In this document: positions 17,282 to 27,800 of the stretch, piece by piece | Position numbering within the stretch: position 1 is the first letter of the stretch | How the letters are laid out: the number at the start of each line of letters is the position of its first letter | From: Candidatus Peribacteria bacterium | Lineage (GTDB): Bacteria > Patescibacteriota > Gracilibacteria > Peribacterales > Peribacteraceae | Assembly (NCBI GenBank): GCA_041691135.1 | Contig: JBEPVF010000001.1 | Location: 128,001-192,000, forward strand | Direction: 5' to 3' | DNA length: 64,000 bases | Position numbers and translations under genes: made by a program | The notes under the pieces: generated by a model | What the model was told of the DNA's origin: nothing | What the model saw: the letters and a program-made list of their open reading frames with translations, nothing else | Database searches by the model: none

Positions 17282-19648
17282 TTATTGACTGGATTGCTCT
17301 AGAGCTGTCGCATGGCTCAATCCGCTCGAATTGATATGAATAACAGGCGATGAGTAGAAAAGATGGCTGATGCCAGAGACTTTCGCTTGGACGTCCTGCG
17401 TGGCTGTGACTTGCGCACGGCTAATACCCGATAATTCCACGTCCGCACTGGTCGTCGTGAATGCACGTGCATCGGTGTTCGATATTCCGCTTCCGTGTAA
17501 CGTGAGCATCTGTCCGGATCCGGACAGTATTATTCGCGACACGCCTGCGTTGTTGATCGTCAGCGCAGTGACGCTCGTCGATGCATCGACACGCATGGCA
17601 CCGTTGATATCCAGACTGGTAAGGGTCGGCAGTGTGACGATGTATTCAACCGGATCCCAACGGCAGAACGGACAGCGGAACACACGTGGCTTATCGTGAT
17701 GTAAATGAAGAATGCCATCGCCATCCACGGAGCTGAGAACTTGTGGAAGACTGGTCGATGTTCCCCGAGCTAGTACGGAATAGCCCGATCCCTGACGCAC
17801 GGTCAGAATGTCATTTCCATTGGCGGCGATTCCCACAAAATTCTGCGCGTCGATACTTTTTTCTTCCGAGTAGACAGGTGTGTTGGTGGGGAAGAGCGGA
17901 ACGATCGGTGCGAAGAGCGAGAAGGCGAATCCGAACACGATCGGCCACATCACCAGCGCAGCCAGAATACGAAACACCGGATACGGACGACCGATGGTCG
18001 CAAGCGACTTGCCGGCGAAAATGAGGAACGCACAGGCGAGGAATGCCGCGGCAAACAGAATCGCTTCGAAGAGGATGGCGTACTGAGGCGTGGCAAATTG
18101 CGGCGAGAGGAACGGGATGCTTAGAAACATATTTGTTTTGTAGAGCATCAGTGCCGCATAGACGATCGCGGCGATTCCGATCCAAGCGGCAATGACAACC
18201 AATCTGCCAATCAAGCGCAGCAAACCGAAAACCAGTCCCTTCACACCGCGCTCCACTTTTTTACCAAATGAATGCTTGGCGTACGTTATGGTTGGATCAT
18301 ACGCATATGCAGCGACGTAGTGTCTATCGGCATCTAGGTCAGGTTCACTGTCGGAAGCATCGGCATCCGCTTTCTTTTCGGATTTGGATGCATGCTGCTC
18401 GCGCGCGCCGCGTTGGTGTGTGTTGCTCGCACCACTCACGGTCACTTTCATTTCCGGCGAACCGTAATACAGCAGGTTACTTGCTCCAGTGACGAAACCC
18501 TCAATTTTTTGCGATATCGACACTTCTGCCCGGCATGCGCCGTTCACTTCCACGTAGCCGGTCTTCACATGATAATTCGATGCGCTGGCCTTCGAGGCAC
18601 CGGATATGTGCAGATCGATTGTTTCGCCGGTGCCCGTCAGATTGAGCATTGATGCGCCTTCGATTTCCGACTTCAGGTGCTTACTGTTTGTGCGACAGCG
18701 GATGGTGGATGCGCCGGTCGCACGCAGTGTGAGTTCGTGGCTCTTGAATCCTTCGATTTCGGCACGGCTGGCGCCCGAAATGATGACGCTTGTCAGCTCC
18801 GGCATCACAATATCGATCGACAACTGATGGAAACCGTGGAACATCGACCGCAACCAGTTCACATGCGATCGCTCGACGTGCAGTTCGCCATTGTCGACAT
18901 AAATACGGAGAGCGCTCAGCTGCCGATTCGGCGCGCGGGCCGTTACTTTCGTAGACTTGCCTTCGCGGATGCGCAGTTGTACGGCGCTGCCGCCGTATAC
19001 CGATGTAAACCCGTGCACGTCAAAATTTTTCGTCGCTTGTTCCAAGTTCTCTTGAATCGCCGAGAGCGTCACTGCCTCACCTTGCATTTCCATCCGCTGC
19101 GTTGGCGTTTTAGCTTCGGGCATGGCAATCCACAAAATGATGTACAGAAGGATGCCGAATCCATGCGTCACAATCGTAAAGACAAAGAAGATGATGCGAA
19201 CGATGACCGGATCGATTTCGAAGTACGCGGCGATTCCCGCGCATACACCGGCCAGTACGCGATTCTGGGTGTCGCGAAAGAATCGCTTGGGGCCGCGCTG
19301 CTGCGAAGAAGATGAACGATAATGCTCTGGTTCTTCATTTTTACTTTCCGACTGCTCCGATCTCGTCGCATGATCAACACTTTCGAACTCGGCAAAATCT
19401 TCAACCGTTCCCATCGACTCGGTCAGCTTCTTTAAATCTTTCAAAGTTATTACTTGCTTGCTCCGTGTCAGTGTTTCGGAAAACTGTTCTGCGATCCGAC
19501 TCTCGATGTCGCTCACGATTTCATCGCGGTCGGGAAACGTCGCAAAGTGATCATGGATGGATCGCAGGTACTCATCTAATACGGCATACGCGTCATCGTC
19601 GACGTGGAACAGGATGCCGCTGATCTGGATACTGATGGTCTTTTTCAT
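17282..19648 (-). CDS. PspC-domain membrane protein with two DUF2807 (GIN-type beta-solenoid) domains
   Basis: MKKTISIQISG...DIESRIAE N-domain; PspC RDTQNRVLAGVCAGIA...YIILWIAMPEA; two blocks of SGAS/SGIS repeats; start overlaps the padR stop (ATGA). Confidence 0.85.
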   Translation of the reverse strand: MKKTISIQISGILFHVDDDAYAVLDEYLRSIHDHFATFPDRDEIVSDIESRIAEQFSETLTRSKQVITLKDLKKLTESMGTVEDFAEFESVDHATRSEQSESKNEEPEHYRSSSSQQRGPKRFFRDTQNRVLAGVCAGIAAYFEIDPVIVRIIFFVFTIVTHGFGILLYIILWIAMPEAKTPTQRMEMQGEAVTLSAIQENLEQATKNFDVHGFTSVYGGSAVQLRIREGKSTKVTARAPNRQLSALRIYVDNGELHVERSHVNWLRSMFHGFHQLSIDIVMPELTSVIISGASRAEIEGFKSHELTLRATGASTIRCRTNSKHLKSEIEGASMLNLTGTGETIDLHISGASKASASNYHVKTGYVEVNGACRAEVSISQKIEGFVTGASNLLYYGSPEMKVTVSGASNTHQRGAREQHASKSEKKADADASDSEPDLDADRHYVAAYAYDPTITYAKHSFGKKVERGVKGLVFGLLRLIGRLVVIAAWIGIAAIVYAALMLYKTNMFLSIPFLSPQFATPQYAILFEAILFAAAFLACAFLIFAGKSLATIGRPYPVFRILAALVMWPIVFGFAFSLFAPIVPLFPTNTPVYSEEKSIDAQNFVGIAANGNDILTVRQGSGYSVLARGTSTSLPQVLSSVDGDGILHLHHDKPRVFRCPFCRWDPVEYIVTLPTLTSLDINGAMRVDASTSVTALTINNAGVSRIILSGSGQMLTLHGSGISNTDARAFTTTSADVELSGISRAQVTATQDVQAKVSGISHLFYSSPVIHINSSGLSHATALEQSSQ

Positions 19649-19992
19649 GACCGCAAGAGGGAAGTGATGGAAGAGGAGAGGGATTTCCAACTGGCAATGA
19701 GTTTCTTGAGTGAATCCCGACCGTCGCCGGTGAGGCTGTACAGCTTGCGTGGCGGGCCGCTCTTCGATTCCTCCCATTCGTATTCAAGCATTTCTTCTCG
19801 TTTAAGACGGCTGAGCAGGGGATAAATGGTGCCTTCGACGACGACCATATCGATAGAGGCTAATTTCTTCAGAATGTCCGGCGCATAGATGCGAGGGGAC
19901 CGGTCGATAATCAGCAAGATGCAGAATTCCAGAATGCCTTTGCGCATCTGTGACTGGTTTTTCTCGAAGTTTTGCTGCAAATCTGATGTCAT
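19645..19992 (-). CDS. PadR-family transcriptional regulator
   Basis: QMRKGILEFCIL, EGTIYPLLSRL, WEESKSGPPRKLYSLT. Confidence 0.93.
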   Translation of the reverse strand: MTSDLQQNFEKNQSQMRKGILEFCILLIIDRSPRIYAPDILKKLASIDMVVVEGTIYPLLSRLKREEMLEYEWEESKSGPPRKLYSLTGDGRDSLKKLIASWKSLSSSITSLLRS

Positions 19993-20000
19993 GTGAGGAG

Positions 20001-20035
20001 AGTGTAGTACACAGTACTTGGTATTGCAAGGTACT
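20001..20035 (-). promoter_or_regulatory. padR promoter with probable operator
   Basis: Minus strand TTGCAA-N17-TACACT, overlapped by the imperfect IR AGTACTTG-N6-CAAGGTACT. Confidence 0.6.
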
Positions 20036-20045
20036 TTATAAGAAA

Positions 20046-20093
20046 GCACGAATACCGAAATTCGAAAAATGTAGGTTTTTCGAATTTCGGATT
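20046..20093. repeat. heptamer-based inverted repeat element
   Basis: GCACGAA-TACCGAA-ATTCGAA, containing a perfect 15-bp IR (20055-20069 / 20076-20090). Confidence 0.7.
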
Positions 20094-20120
20094 TTTCTCG
20101 ACTGGGGTTACAGTTTCCTT

Positions 20121-20864
20121 ATGGCAAATTACTCACTTATCACTGGCGCTACCAGTGGCATCGGTCTCGCCACAGCAAATGCACTGGCCGCTCAGAAAAG
20201 AAATCTGATTCTGATTGCGAGGCGAGAAGAGCGACTAAGCGAAATTAAGAGAACACTAACAGAAGAGCATGGCATTGACGTGAAAATCTTTGCCCTCGAT
20301 CTACGTGACACGGAAGCAGTGACGAAGGTGTTTGATGCGCTCGGTAGCCTGTCGATCGATGTGGCGGTGAACAATGCCGGACTCGCACGCGGGCGCGAAC
20401 CGCTTGAGACGTATGATTGGAATGATATCAGCGAGATGTTTGAGACGAATATCCGCGCATTCACGCTTGTTGCAAAGCTCGCCATTCCATTCCTCAAAAA
20501 GACGGAGGGCCATTTAGTGAACATCAGTTCCATTTCCGCGACCGAAGCGTATGCAAACGGCGCTGTCTATTGCGGTACGAAGGCATACGTAAAAATGGTC
20601 AGCCATGCCCTGCGCATGGAATTGCTCGGAACCAATGTACGTGTCACCGATATCGCACCGGGAATGGTCGATACTGAATTTTCATTGGTTCGTTACCACG
20701 GCGACGACAGCAAGGCGAAACATGTATACGAAGGCTTTGTGCCGTTGCATGCCGAAGACATTGCGGACTGCATTGTGTTTGCATTAAACCGTCCTAAGCA
20801 TGTGAATATTGATACGCTATTGGTGATGCCGACAGCGCAAGCTGGAACGATAGTTCATAAGTAA
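20121..20864 (+). CDS. SDR-family oxidoreductase (YdfG-like)
   Basis: ITGATSGIG, VNNAG, YCGTK, RVTDIAPGMVDTEFS. Confidence 0.93.
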   Translation: MANYSLITGATSGIGLATANALAAQKRNLILIARREERLSEIKRTLTEEHGIDVKIFALDLRDTEAVTKVFDALGSLSIDVAVNNAGLARGREPLETYDWNDISEMFETNIRAFTLVAKLAIPFLKKTEGHLVNISSISATEAYANGAVYCGTKAYVKMVSHALRMELLGTNVRVTDIAPGMVDTEFSLVRYHGDDSKAKHVYEGFVPLHAEDIADCIVFALNRPKHVNIDTLLVMPTAQAGTIVHK

Positions 20865-20873
20865 TAAGACCGC

Positions 20874-21164
20874 TTACCTCCCGGTCCAAGGAACACCTTT
20901 TGGAACCGAAAAAATTTTATTCGCTATATGAATTTCTGACATGTCAAACGGCCTTTTTTCGAGCGGATCTGATGGTTCTAATTTTGCAGTGATTTCATCA
21001 TGGGTTCCTGCTCTGCGTCCACTGATCTCTAAGAGAAGTTCGCGAGTTGAAATGCCCGATAGAGAATGGGAATGCAACTTTGCAGCATTCACAGGTTCAC
21101 CATTTACAAGGCTATCTGTGGAGTCTGCGAATTCGTCCGGCGAATCGACTTTGGAATCAAGCAT
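20874..21164 (-). CDS. hypothetical protein
   Basis: Open frame filling the gap between the SDR gene and the next gene; no motif; start uncertain. Confidence 0.4.
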   Translation of the reverse strand: MLDSKVDSPDEFADSTDSLVNGEPVNAAKLHSHSLSGISTRELLLEISGRRAGTHDEITAKLEPSDPLEKRPFDMSEIHIANKIFSVPKGVPWTGR

Positions 21165-21274
21165 GGTAAAATGAGAAAAAAGCAGCGGCATACTAATCAT
21201 CTCCACTAACTTGTCAAAATTTTCCTGTGTTAAATCGATCGCAAGGCCTTCAATAAAGGAGTTATACTCTTATT

Positions 21275-21985
21275 ATGACTACACCTCTCCTTGTTAATAC
21301 CCAGTTCGCCCTCTTCTTCGCCCAGCCGCTCCAGAAGCCCGAAGAATTGTGGGACGACATCCGCAACAGCCCATTGGCATCGACTTTCGACCAAACGCCG
21401 CGCATTCAACCGGTGCCGAACGATCCGAATTTGATGGAAGTACCGATACTCCAATTGCAATCGGAGAAAGGACATACCATCCATGTATCTCGCATGCGGG
21501 CTGATTACACATACTTGCATCCACATGGTTCAGCTGAGAGCGACGAGGAGGCGACACCATGGTTTGATGATTTTCAAACATTCTATTCATTCTTCGACGA
21601 GCAGTTGGTGATCCGTCGCCTGGGGTACGTGAAGCGGTACTTTTTCGAGTCGCAGAATCCGGCCGTCGACATCGCCGAACTGTTGAGATTTGATCCGGCA
21701 AGCGTGCAAGGTGGCGCCGTGCACGAAGCCGGTATCCGGTATGTCACGCGTGACCGGTTCGAAAAATTCATTATTAATAACTTCACAAGTATCGAACAAG
21801 CATCTGCCACCGGGAGCGACGGACAGGTGCTCCAGGGATTTCTGGTTACGCGAGATGTAAACACTGCACCGGAAGAAAATTATCTGTTCGACAGCGACAC
21901 GTTGGCGCAATATTTTATCGAAGCCGAAGAACGACTGGTGAACGGCGTGACAAATCTGTTTGCGAATGGCGGCCCGAAGCTCTAA
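21275..21985 (+). CDS. hypothetical protein (weak TIGR04255-like pattern)
   Basis: 236-aa ORF with TATACT 6 nt upstream; IRRLGYVKRYFF and RDVNT segments. Confidence 0.6.
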   Translation: MTTPLLVNTQFALFFAQPLQKPEELWDDIRNSPLASTFDQTPRIQPVPNDPNLMEVPILQLQSEKGHTIHVSRMRADYTYLHPHGSAESDEEATPWFDDFQTFYSFFDEQLVIRRLGYVKRYFFESQNPAVDIAELLRFDPASVQGGAVHEAGIRYVTRDRFEKFIINNFTSIEQASATGSDGQVLQGFLVTRDVNTAPEENYLFDSDTLAQYFIEAEERLVNGVTNLFANGGPKL

Positions 21986-21997
21986 ATTTCCTCCTCT

Positions 21998-22873
21998 ATG
22001 TCACCCGCAAGAAACACTCTCGGCGAAGATCTGGCCACCATGCTGAAAGGTGGAGTGATCATGGATGTCGTGACGCCCGAGCAGGCAAAGATTGCGGAAG
22101 CTGCTGGTGCGTGTGCAGTCATGGCCCTGGAACGAGTTCCGTCAGACATTCGTCGCGATGGCGGCGTGGCGCGGATGAGTGATCCGAAAATGATCCGCGA
22201 AATAAAGGAGGCGGTCTCCATTCCGGTGATGGCCAAAGTGCGCATCGGTCACACGAGCGAGGCAAGAATTCTCGAAGCGCTCGAGATCGACTTCATCGAT
22301 GAGTCGGAAGTTCTCACTCCCGCTGATCCGTTTGATCATATCGATAAGTCACAATTTAAAATTCCATTTGTCTGCGGCGCAACTAATCTCGGTGAAGCGC
22401 TGCGTCGTATACAAGAAGGGGCAGCGATGATCCGTACGAAAGGCGAAGCGGGAACCGGCAACGTGATCGAAGCCGTGCGTCATATCAAATCGATTAAGAA
22501 AGAGATCGATGCACTTCACGCGATGGACAGTGCGGCGCTGGCCCACTACAGCGACCAAGTACGCGTGGACATAGAATTGGTCAAACAAGTGCGTGGTGCG
22601 AAGCGCTTGCCTGTTGTCACCTTCGTCGCGGGCGGAGTTGCGACACCTGCTGACGCTGCCTTGCTGATGGAGCTCGGCGCGGAAGGTGTGTTCGTTGGTT
22701 CAGGAATCTTTAAATCGGAAAATCCTCAGCGCACTGCTGAAGCGATTGTCCAAGCCGTCGTTCACTATAAGGATGCGAAGAAACTCCTCGAAATTTCAAC
22801 CGGACTTCCGAAAGCCATGGATGGTCTCGAGATCGATCGTTTGGATGTGAGGATGCAGGGCAGGGGATTATAA
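21998..22873 (+). CDS. pdxS: pyridoxal 5'-phosphate synthase lyase subunit
   Basis: [41 protein letters not shown]. Confidence 0.97.
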   Translation: MSPARNTLGEDLATMLKGGVIMDVVTPEQAKIAEAAGACAVMALERVPSDIRRDGGVARMSDPKMIREIKEAVSIPVMAKVRIGHTSEARILEALEIDFIDESEVLTPADPFDHIDKSQFKIPFVCGATNLGEALRRIQEGAAMIRTKGEAGTGNVIEAVRHIKSIKKEIDALHAMDSAALAHYSDQVRVDIELVKQVRGAKRLPVVTFVAGGVATPADAALLMELGAEGVFVGSGIFKSENPQRTAEAIVQAVVHYKDAKKLLEISTGLPKAMDGLEIDRLDVRMQGRGL

Positions 22874-22909
22874 GGTTGATTGGCATTGTTGATCCCGTAG
22901 AGTAGTCGC

Positions 22910-23473
22910 ATGAATGTTGGCGTTCTCGCATTTCAGGGAGATTTCGCAGAGCACGTGGCTGTGCTCAAAGTTTTGAAGATTGATCACTGCGAGGTGCGCA
23001 GCGTTGATGATCTTCGCGCATGCACACATCTCATCATCCCCGGCGGCGAGAGCACGGTGATGAGTCGTTTTTTGAAGATGACCAATGTCGGTGAAGAGAT
23101 ACAGAAGCGCGTCAGTGACGGATCACTAGCGGTGTACGGAACCTGTGCCGGCGCGATTCTTTTGGCGAAGAATGTTACGGGGAAAAATACACCCGAGACA
23201 CTCGGTCTCATCGACATCACAATCGAACGGAATGCGTACGGATCACAAATTCAAAGCTTCGATACATCACTCACAATAAAAGGAATTGATGGAGCGGTAC
23301 AAGCTGCCTTCATCCGAGCCCCGATCATTACAAAAATAGGAAAAGATGTGGAAGTTCTATCGACATATGAGGACAAGCCAGTGTTAGTGCGGCAAGGAAA
23401 TATATGGGCTGGAACATTTCACCCGGAAGCAAGAGACGAAAAACAGATTCATGAATTATTCCTTACAAAATAG
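22910..23473 (+). CDS. pdxT: pyridoxal 5'-phosphate synthase glutaminase subunit
   Basis: GVLAFQG, IPGGEST, GTCAG, RNAYG, FIRAP, FHPE. Confidence 0.97.
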   Translation: MNVGVLAFQGDFAEHVAVLKVLKIDHCEVRSVDDLRACTHLIIPGGESTVMSRFLKMTNVGEEIQKRVSDGSLAVYGTCAGAILLAKNVTGKNTPETLGLIDITIERNAYGSQIQSFDTSLTIKGIDGAVQAAFIRAPIITKIGKDVEVLSTYEDKPVLVRQGNIWAGTFHPEARDEKQIHELFLTK

Positions 23474-23618
23474 CCCCCTTACCCTCCATGCGATACGCAT
23501 GAAGAATGTAAGGGGGCTTAGCCTCCCTCGAGAGACAGGAAGCAGTTCCGTTTCACCACAAGGTGAAGTATCGATATGGCAGAACCGGTTCCTTTAGTCT
23601 CAGCGAAACGAAGCCATT
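23468..23618 (-). ncRNA. candidate orphan rod-shaped small RNA (~150 nt including terminator)
   Basis: Minus-strand TTGACT-N16-TATTCT promoter (23652-23625), a long interrupted hairpin, then a GCCCCCTTAC/GTAAGGGGGC stem followed by TATTTT. Confidence 0.5.
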
Positions 23619-23822
23619 GCATGAAGAATAGGAAATGATGGATGGCAGTCAACAAATTCGCCGTTTTTTTCATTAGTTGCCATGCTATAGAAATAGAATA
23701 TTAAGTAATTTTTCTCACAAAAGTCCTTTGCTGCAACGAAGAATTTCGAATCCAGAAGCCCTTAGATACGATCAGGCAGTCATAAATTTGATAACTGGAG
23801 CATTCCTCCTATACTGCATTCC

Positions 23823-24227
23823 ATGAGTAACGCCTATCTCTACCCGTCGGAACGCACGGCAGTCGATACACTTGGGCAGGACCTGACGAACGGATTGACT
23901 GCGCAGGACGAAACGTTGGAATGTTTTGAATCGGCACGCCAGATTAAGATGCGCTGCTCGATGGCCGACTTCGACGTATATCCCAAGCTGAAAGAGGTCG
24001 CCCAGAAGGTGATTGACGGCCAAGGGCCGGATAACTTAACAATCGACGACATGCCGACCGAGGCTCAACAGGAACTTTTCTTCATGATCGGCGCGCGTGG
24101 CGTGAATGCCATCATACAGACGCTATTACCAGAAATTCATTCGGCTGATGACGTAGAAGCATTCGCCTCACTCAGTCGCATGCGCCATCGCCTGCTCGAG
24201 ATCAATTCCTCTTCCGTTCACCATTGA
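23823..24227 (+). CDS. hypothetical protein
   Basis: 134-aa helical ORF; TTGATA-N16-TATACT 7 nt upstream. Confidence 0.7.
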   Translation: MSNAYLYPSERTAVDTLGQDLTNGLTAQDETLECFESARQIKMRCSMADFDVYPKLKEVAQKVIDGQGPDNLTIDDMPTEAQQELFFMIGARGVNAIIQTLLPEIHSADDVEAFASLSRMRHRLLEINSSSVHH

Positions 24228-24229
24228 TT

Positions 24230-24883
24230 ATGGCAAACCCCATGACCGACGCACCGGAAAATGCGAATCTGAAGTTTGAGAGAACTCCGGATCAGCTTCG
24301 CGATCTTATGGAACAACTGGAGCGTCGTGGTTATAACCTTGAACGTTTGGATCAGAAGGTGAGGACCGCCGATGAGAAGCAGGCATTGATTCGCAATCTG
24401 AAAGAAATCGACCCGACTGTAAATGGTAATGCGGAAAATCTTGCTGAGGAGCTTGGACTCTATCGCCAGGAAACGATGGCCAAGAAGGAGTGGAGTACAT
24501 GGGATTATGTAAAGGAGATGCCAAAAAAGGCTTGGAATACGATGAAGGCCCATCCGTACATCACCGCCGGTATCGTCCTTGCATTGCTCGGAGTCACTGC
24601 TTACGCCACTGGCTATGTGGACGGTAATACGTTTAATAATGTACGAATGTGGGTAATGAAGCAGGTTGCAGGTAGTCAGATGGCTGGTGCCGCTGAAGCT
24701 GTAAAAGGAGCGGCGGCGAATGCCGGGGAAATGGCTGGTCAAGTCGCCGAGAAGGCAGGTGCCGCAGCCTCGGCAGCAGGTGATGCTCTTCCAACGATCG
24801 CTGTTCCGAATGTTCCCACTGCCATGCCGCCTAGCGTGGATGACGCAATGAAGATACTGGATGCACTGGGGAAGGGAGGCTAA
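24230..24883 (+). CDS. hypothetical single-TM protein with an Ala/Gly-rich tail
   Basis: Charged helical N-half, TM segment HPYITAGIVLALLGVTAYA, AGAA repeats. Confidence 0.75.
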   Translation: MANPMTDAPENANLKFERTPDQLRDLMEQLERRGYNLERLDQKVRTADEKQALIRNLKEIDPTVNGNAENLAEELGLYRQETMAKKEWSTWDYVKEMPKKAWNTMKAHPYITAGIVLALLGVTAYATGYVDGNTFNNVRMWVMKQVAGSQMAGAAEAVKGAAANAGEMAGQVAEKAGAAASAAGDALPTIAVPNVPTAMPPSVDDAMKILDALGKGG

Positions 24884-24892
24884 TATAGGTTC

Positions 24893-27800
24893 ATGGTCGA
24901 GCAAATTGAGAATCGGCGTCCTCAAGCTGAGGAGATTCCAGAGTATTTGGAACAAACAAATGCCGAGGAATTAAGAAAGGCGTTAGACGTGAAAGACAGC
25001 GCTATGGGTTGGAATACAATACTGCAGGAAGTGAACAGAAGGTCCGATGTTGCCGAGGCATCACCGCTTAAAAATCGTCTTACAGTTCTAGGTCTTCAAA
25101 AAAAACGAAGCGACGTAGAACAAAAACGTCAGGATGTTTCATTTGCATTGCTCGCGACGCTTAAATTGGTGAAAGCAGGCATGCCGGTGATGTTACACCG
25201 AGAACTTGTTTTTCGAAGCCTGGCCCGCTATTTGGATGAGAAGCAAACGTACGAAAAAATATGGAAGGGCGAAGTGCCGGGCGAGATTAATTTGCCCGAA
25301 TATTTGACGCCGTACATTCGGTCAAAAGAATCCGGGCACATGCTGATTCGCGCGACTGAAATTATTCTTCCAACGCAGTATGACGTTCAAGAAAAAGCAA
25401 AGCTCAACAGCACTCCCCGTCAACTTTCTTCCCTGTCGAACGTTCTCCTTTTGGGAGCAGTGAACAGGCGTGTGAGCTTGCGTTATGTTTTAGCATGTGT
25501 GCCGAATGGAACTTTAAGCAATGATATTGAGCCTTACCGAGCGTTTTTGGCAGTTTCTGGCTTTCAGACGAATGAAGGACAAGATATTTCACCACAGGAA
25601 TTGGAAGCCACAAAGTTTGCTGTCGCGTATATCGCAAAATACCTTGATGCGGTGCAGACAACAGCAAAATTGAAAGGAACAAAAGTAGAAGATATGACCG
25701 TAACCGATGCGATTGAGGCATCGTTGAGCGCACACCCGTTGGCAGAAATGACAAAGGAAATCATGAGTCATGTGTCCGAGATCAGTTTGTGGAGTGTTCC
25801 AGACCTGCGCGAAGCGGCCAAGAAAGCATTGGAAAACAAAAATCTTTATCCAGACCAATTGGTGCAGGCAGCACTTGCGCCACTTGGAAATTTGCCAGAA
25901 GCGGCTAACCCAACCGACCGTGCAGAATTTGAAGCCAATGCTTCGGCGGTCGGCAAATTTTTTATGGGTTTCGATGCAGAGCGATTCGCGGTCAAGCATG
26001 TGGAGGAACAAATCAAGCCGTACAATGAAAAACAAAAAGCGATGATTCGTTCGTTGTGCGAACAAGTAAAAAGCGAAAAGGTAACTAATCAAATACTGCG
26101 TTCGTTGTTTGTACCTGAGCAAGAAAAGGATAGGAAGCAACTAGATAAAGACGCAACAGCACAGTTGCAAGCACTTATTCAGAATGGAGAACTCACTCTG
26201 AAGGAGACCTTTCAACTCTATTACTTATCGAACTCAAAAAGCGGAGCCGGCCTGCCCTTGGCCTATTCGGCAATACAGATTCTGGATAAACATGGACAAT
26301 CAACTTTGTCATTCGATTTGCAAGCCCGATCGCTACGTTCGCTAGCAGGATTAACACTAACTGGAGTGAGCAACCTCCCAAAAAAGCTTGAGAGCTTTGG
26401 CTTCGATGAGTCACAGGCAGTGGAATTCCGGAACGGAATACTTGCCCTTAAAGAGTCAGGTTTTGAGCATGGGGCGAATGCACTTCTTAAATTATGGTCA
26501 CTCCTTAAAAACCACTGGGATATTTTGGCTGCGGCAGGGATTATTCCGGCAGGTATTAGTGCATGGCAGCTGAAAGTCTTCATCGACGGCAAGCGCTTCA
26601 GAAAATTTGCTTTTGGTGGCACTGAACAAGTACGACAAGAATTTAAACTTCAGGGAGTGACTGACGATCAGATTCGTATTTTACAGAAGGAAATGCAAGA
26701 AATTTTGGCGGAGCGCGATTTATTGTGGAAGTTTAATTTTCCAGAGCGCTTTGGGTTAACGGGTCAAGCACATACGACTTTAAAGGCGGCAAGCCAGGAT
26801 GTGGAAGGGATGGCTAAGATGCTCCACAAACGTTATGGCACTGCCTTTGATGTCGCGCAAAAAATGCGTGAGGCAAATATCACTGACGATGAAATTCGTC
26901 ACTCTCTTAAAGGACTTGGATATGACGAACTGAAAGCGGACGAAGCTATCGAAAGAATTGGAAAAAATACTCGAGCTGAGCTTGCTGGCTTGCGTAGCAA
27001 TATTGAGAATTTGAATGTTAAACGTTTTGAGGATATGGCTGACCAACTTAACAAACGCCTCGATGCAATTGAAGCACCGGACGGACCAAAAGGTCCTAAA
27101 TTGGCTGAAGCACGAGCAAAAATAGTTGAAGATGTAAGGGTTTTCCAAAGGGAATTAAATGATCTTAGCCGAGTACAAGGCAACGAAGAAGTACGCAAAG
27201 CAGTTATTCGCCGATTATTCCCGGATATAACTGAAGCAAATATGAAGACAATCTTGAGGGCTCATACAACAGACGGGTTGCAGTTCAAGCTTGATCTCCT
27301 TAAAAGGCACTTGAGTCCTCAGCGGGCAAGAAGATTAATACGATTGGGCATTGCAGGTGAAACTCCGAGTGCAGAGGTTGTAAAACAAGCAAGTCGCGGT
27401 TTGCGTTGGGGACACATCACCAATGGAGGATTCGCAGTTTTGGATGCAGTGTTTGTTTCCGATGATCTCTATAAATATGGAGAAGAAATAGACAATGATC
27501 AGCGCATTCGTGAAAGTCTGCATCGTACATTGACTGAACATGGCTTCACATTTGATGCAAAGAAAGATGCATTTGTAAAAGGCCCGATCGTTCTACAGGT
27601 AGAAAAAGATGTTTTGAATAAATTGTCAGCCAAAAAAGATATTGCCGCTGGGCGGGTAGCTATAGATGTCGCAGCAGGTGCAGGAAGTCTGTCGCTGCTT
27701 TTGGTTGAGTCAGGCGTCGCCGCTCCTCTTGGCGCTCTATTGGCTGCAGGAGTCCTTACCGTTCATGTCTACTTGGATAAGAAAGAGCGTGCAGTTGCCT

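Noticed and set aside
23548-23612. CTGAGA...GAAAC on the minus strand suggests a hammerhead ribozyme
   Set aside because: The core is not CUGANGA and there is no room for stem I.
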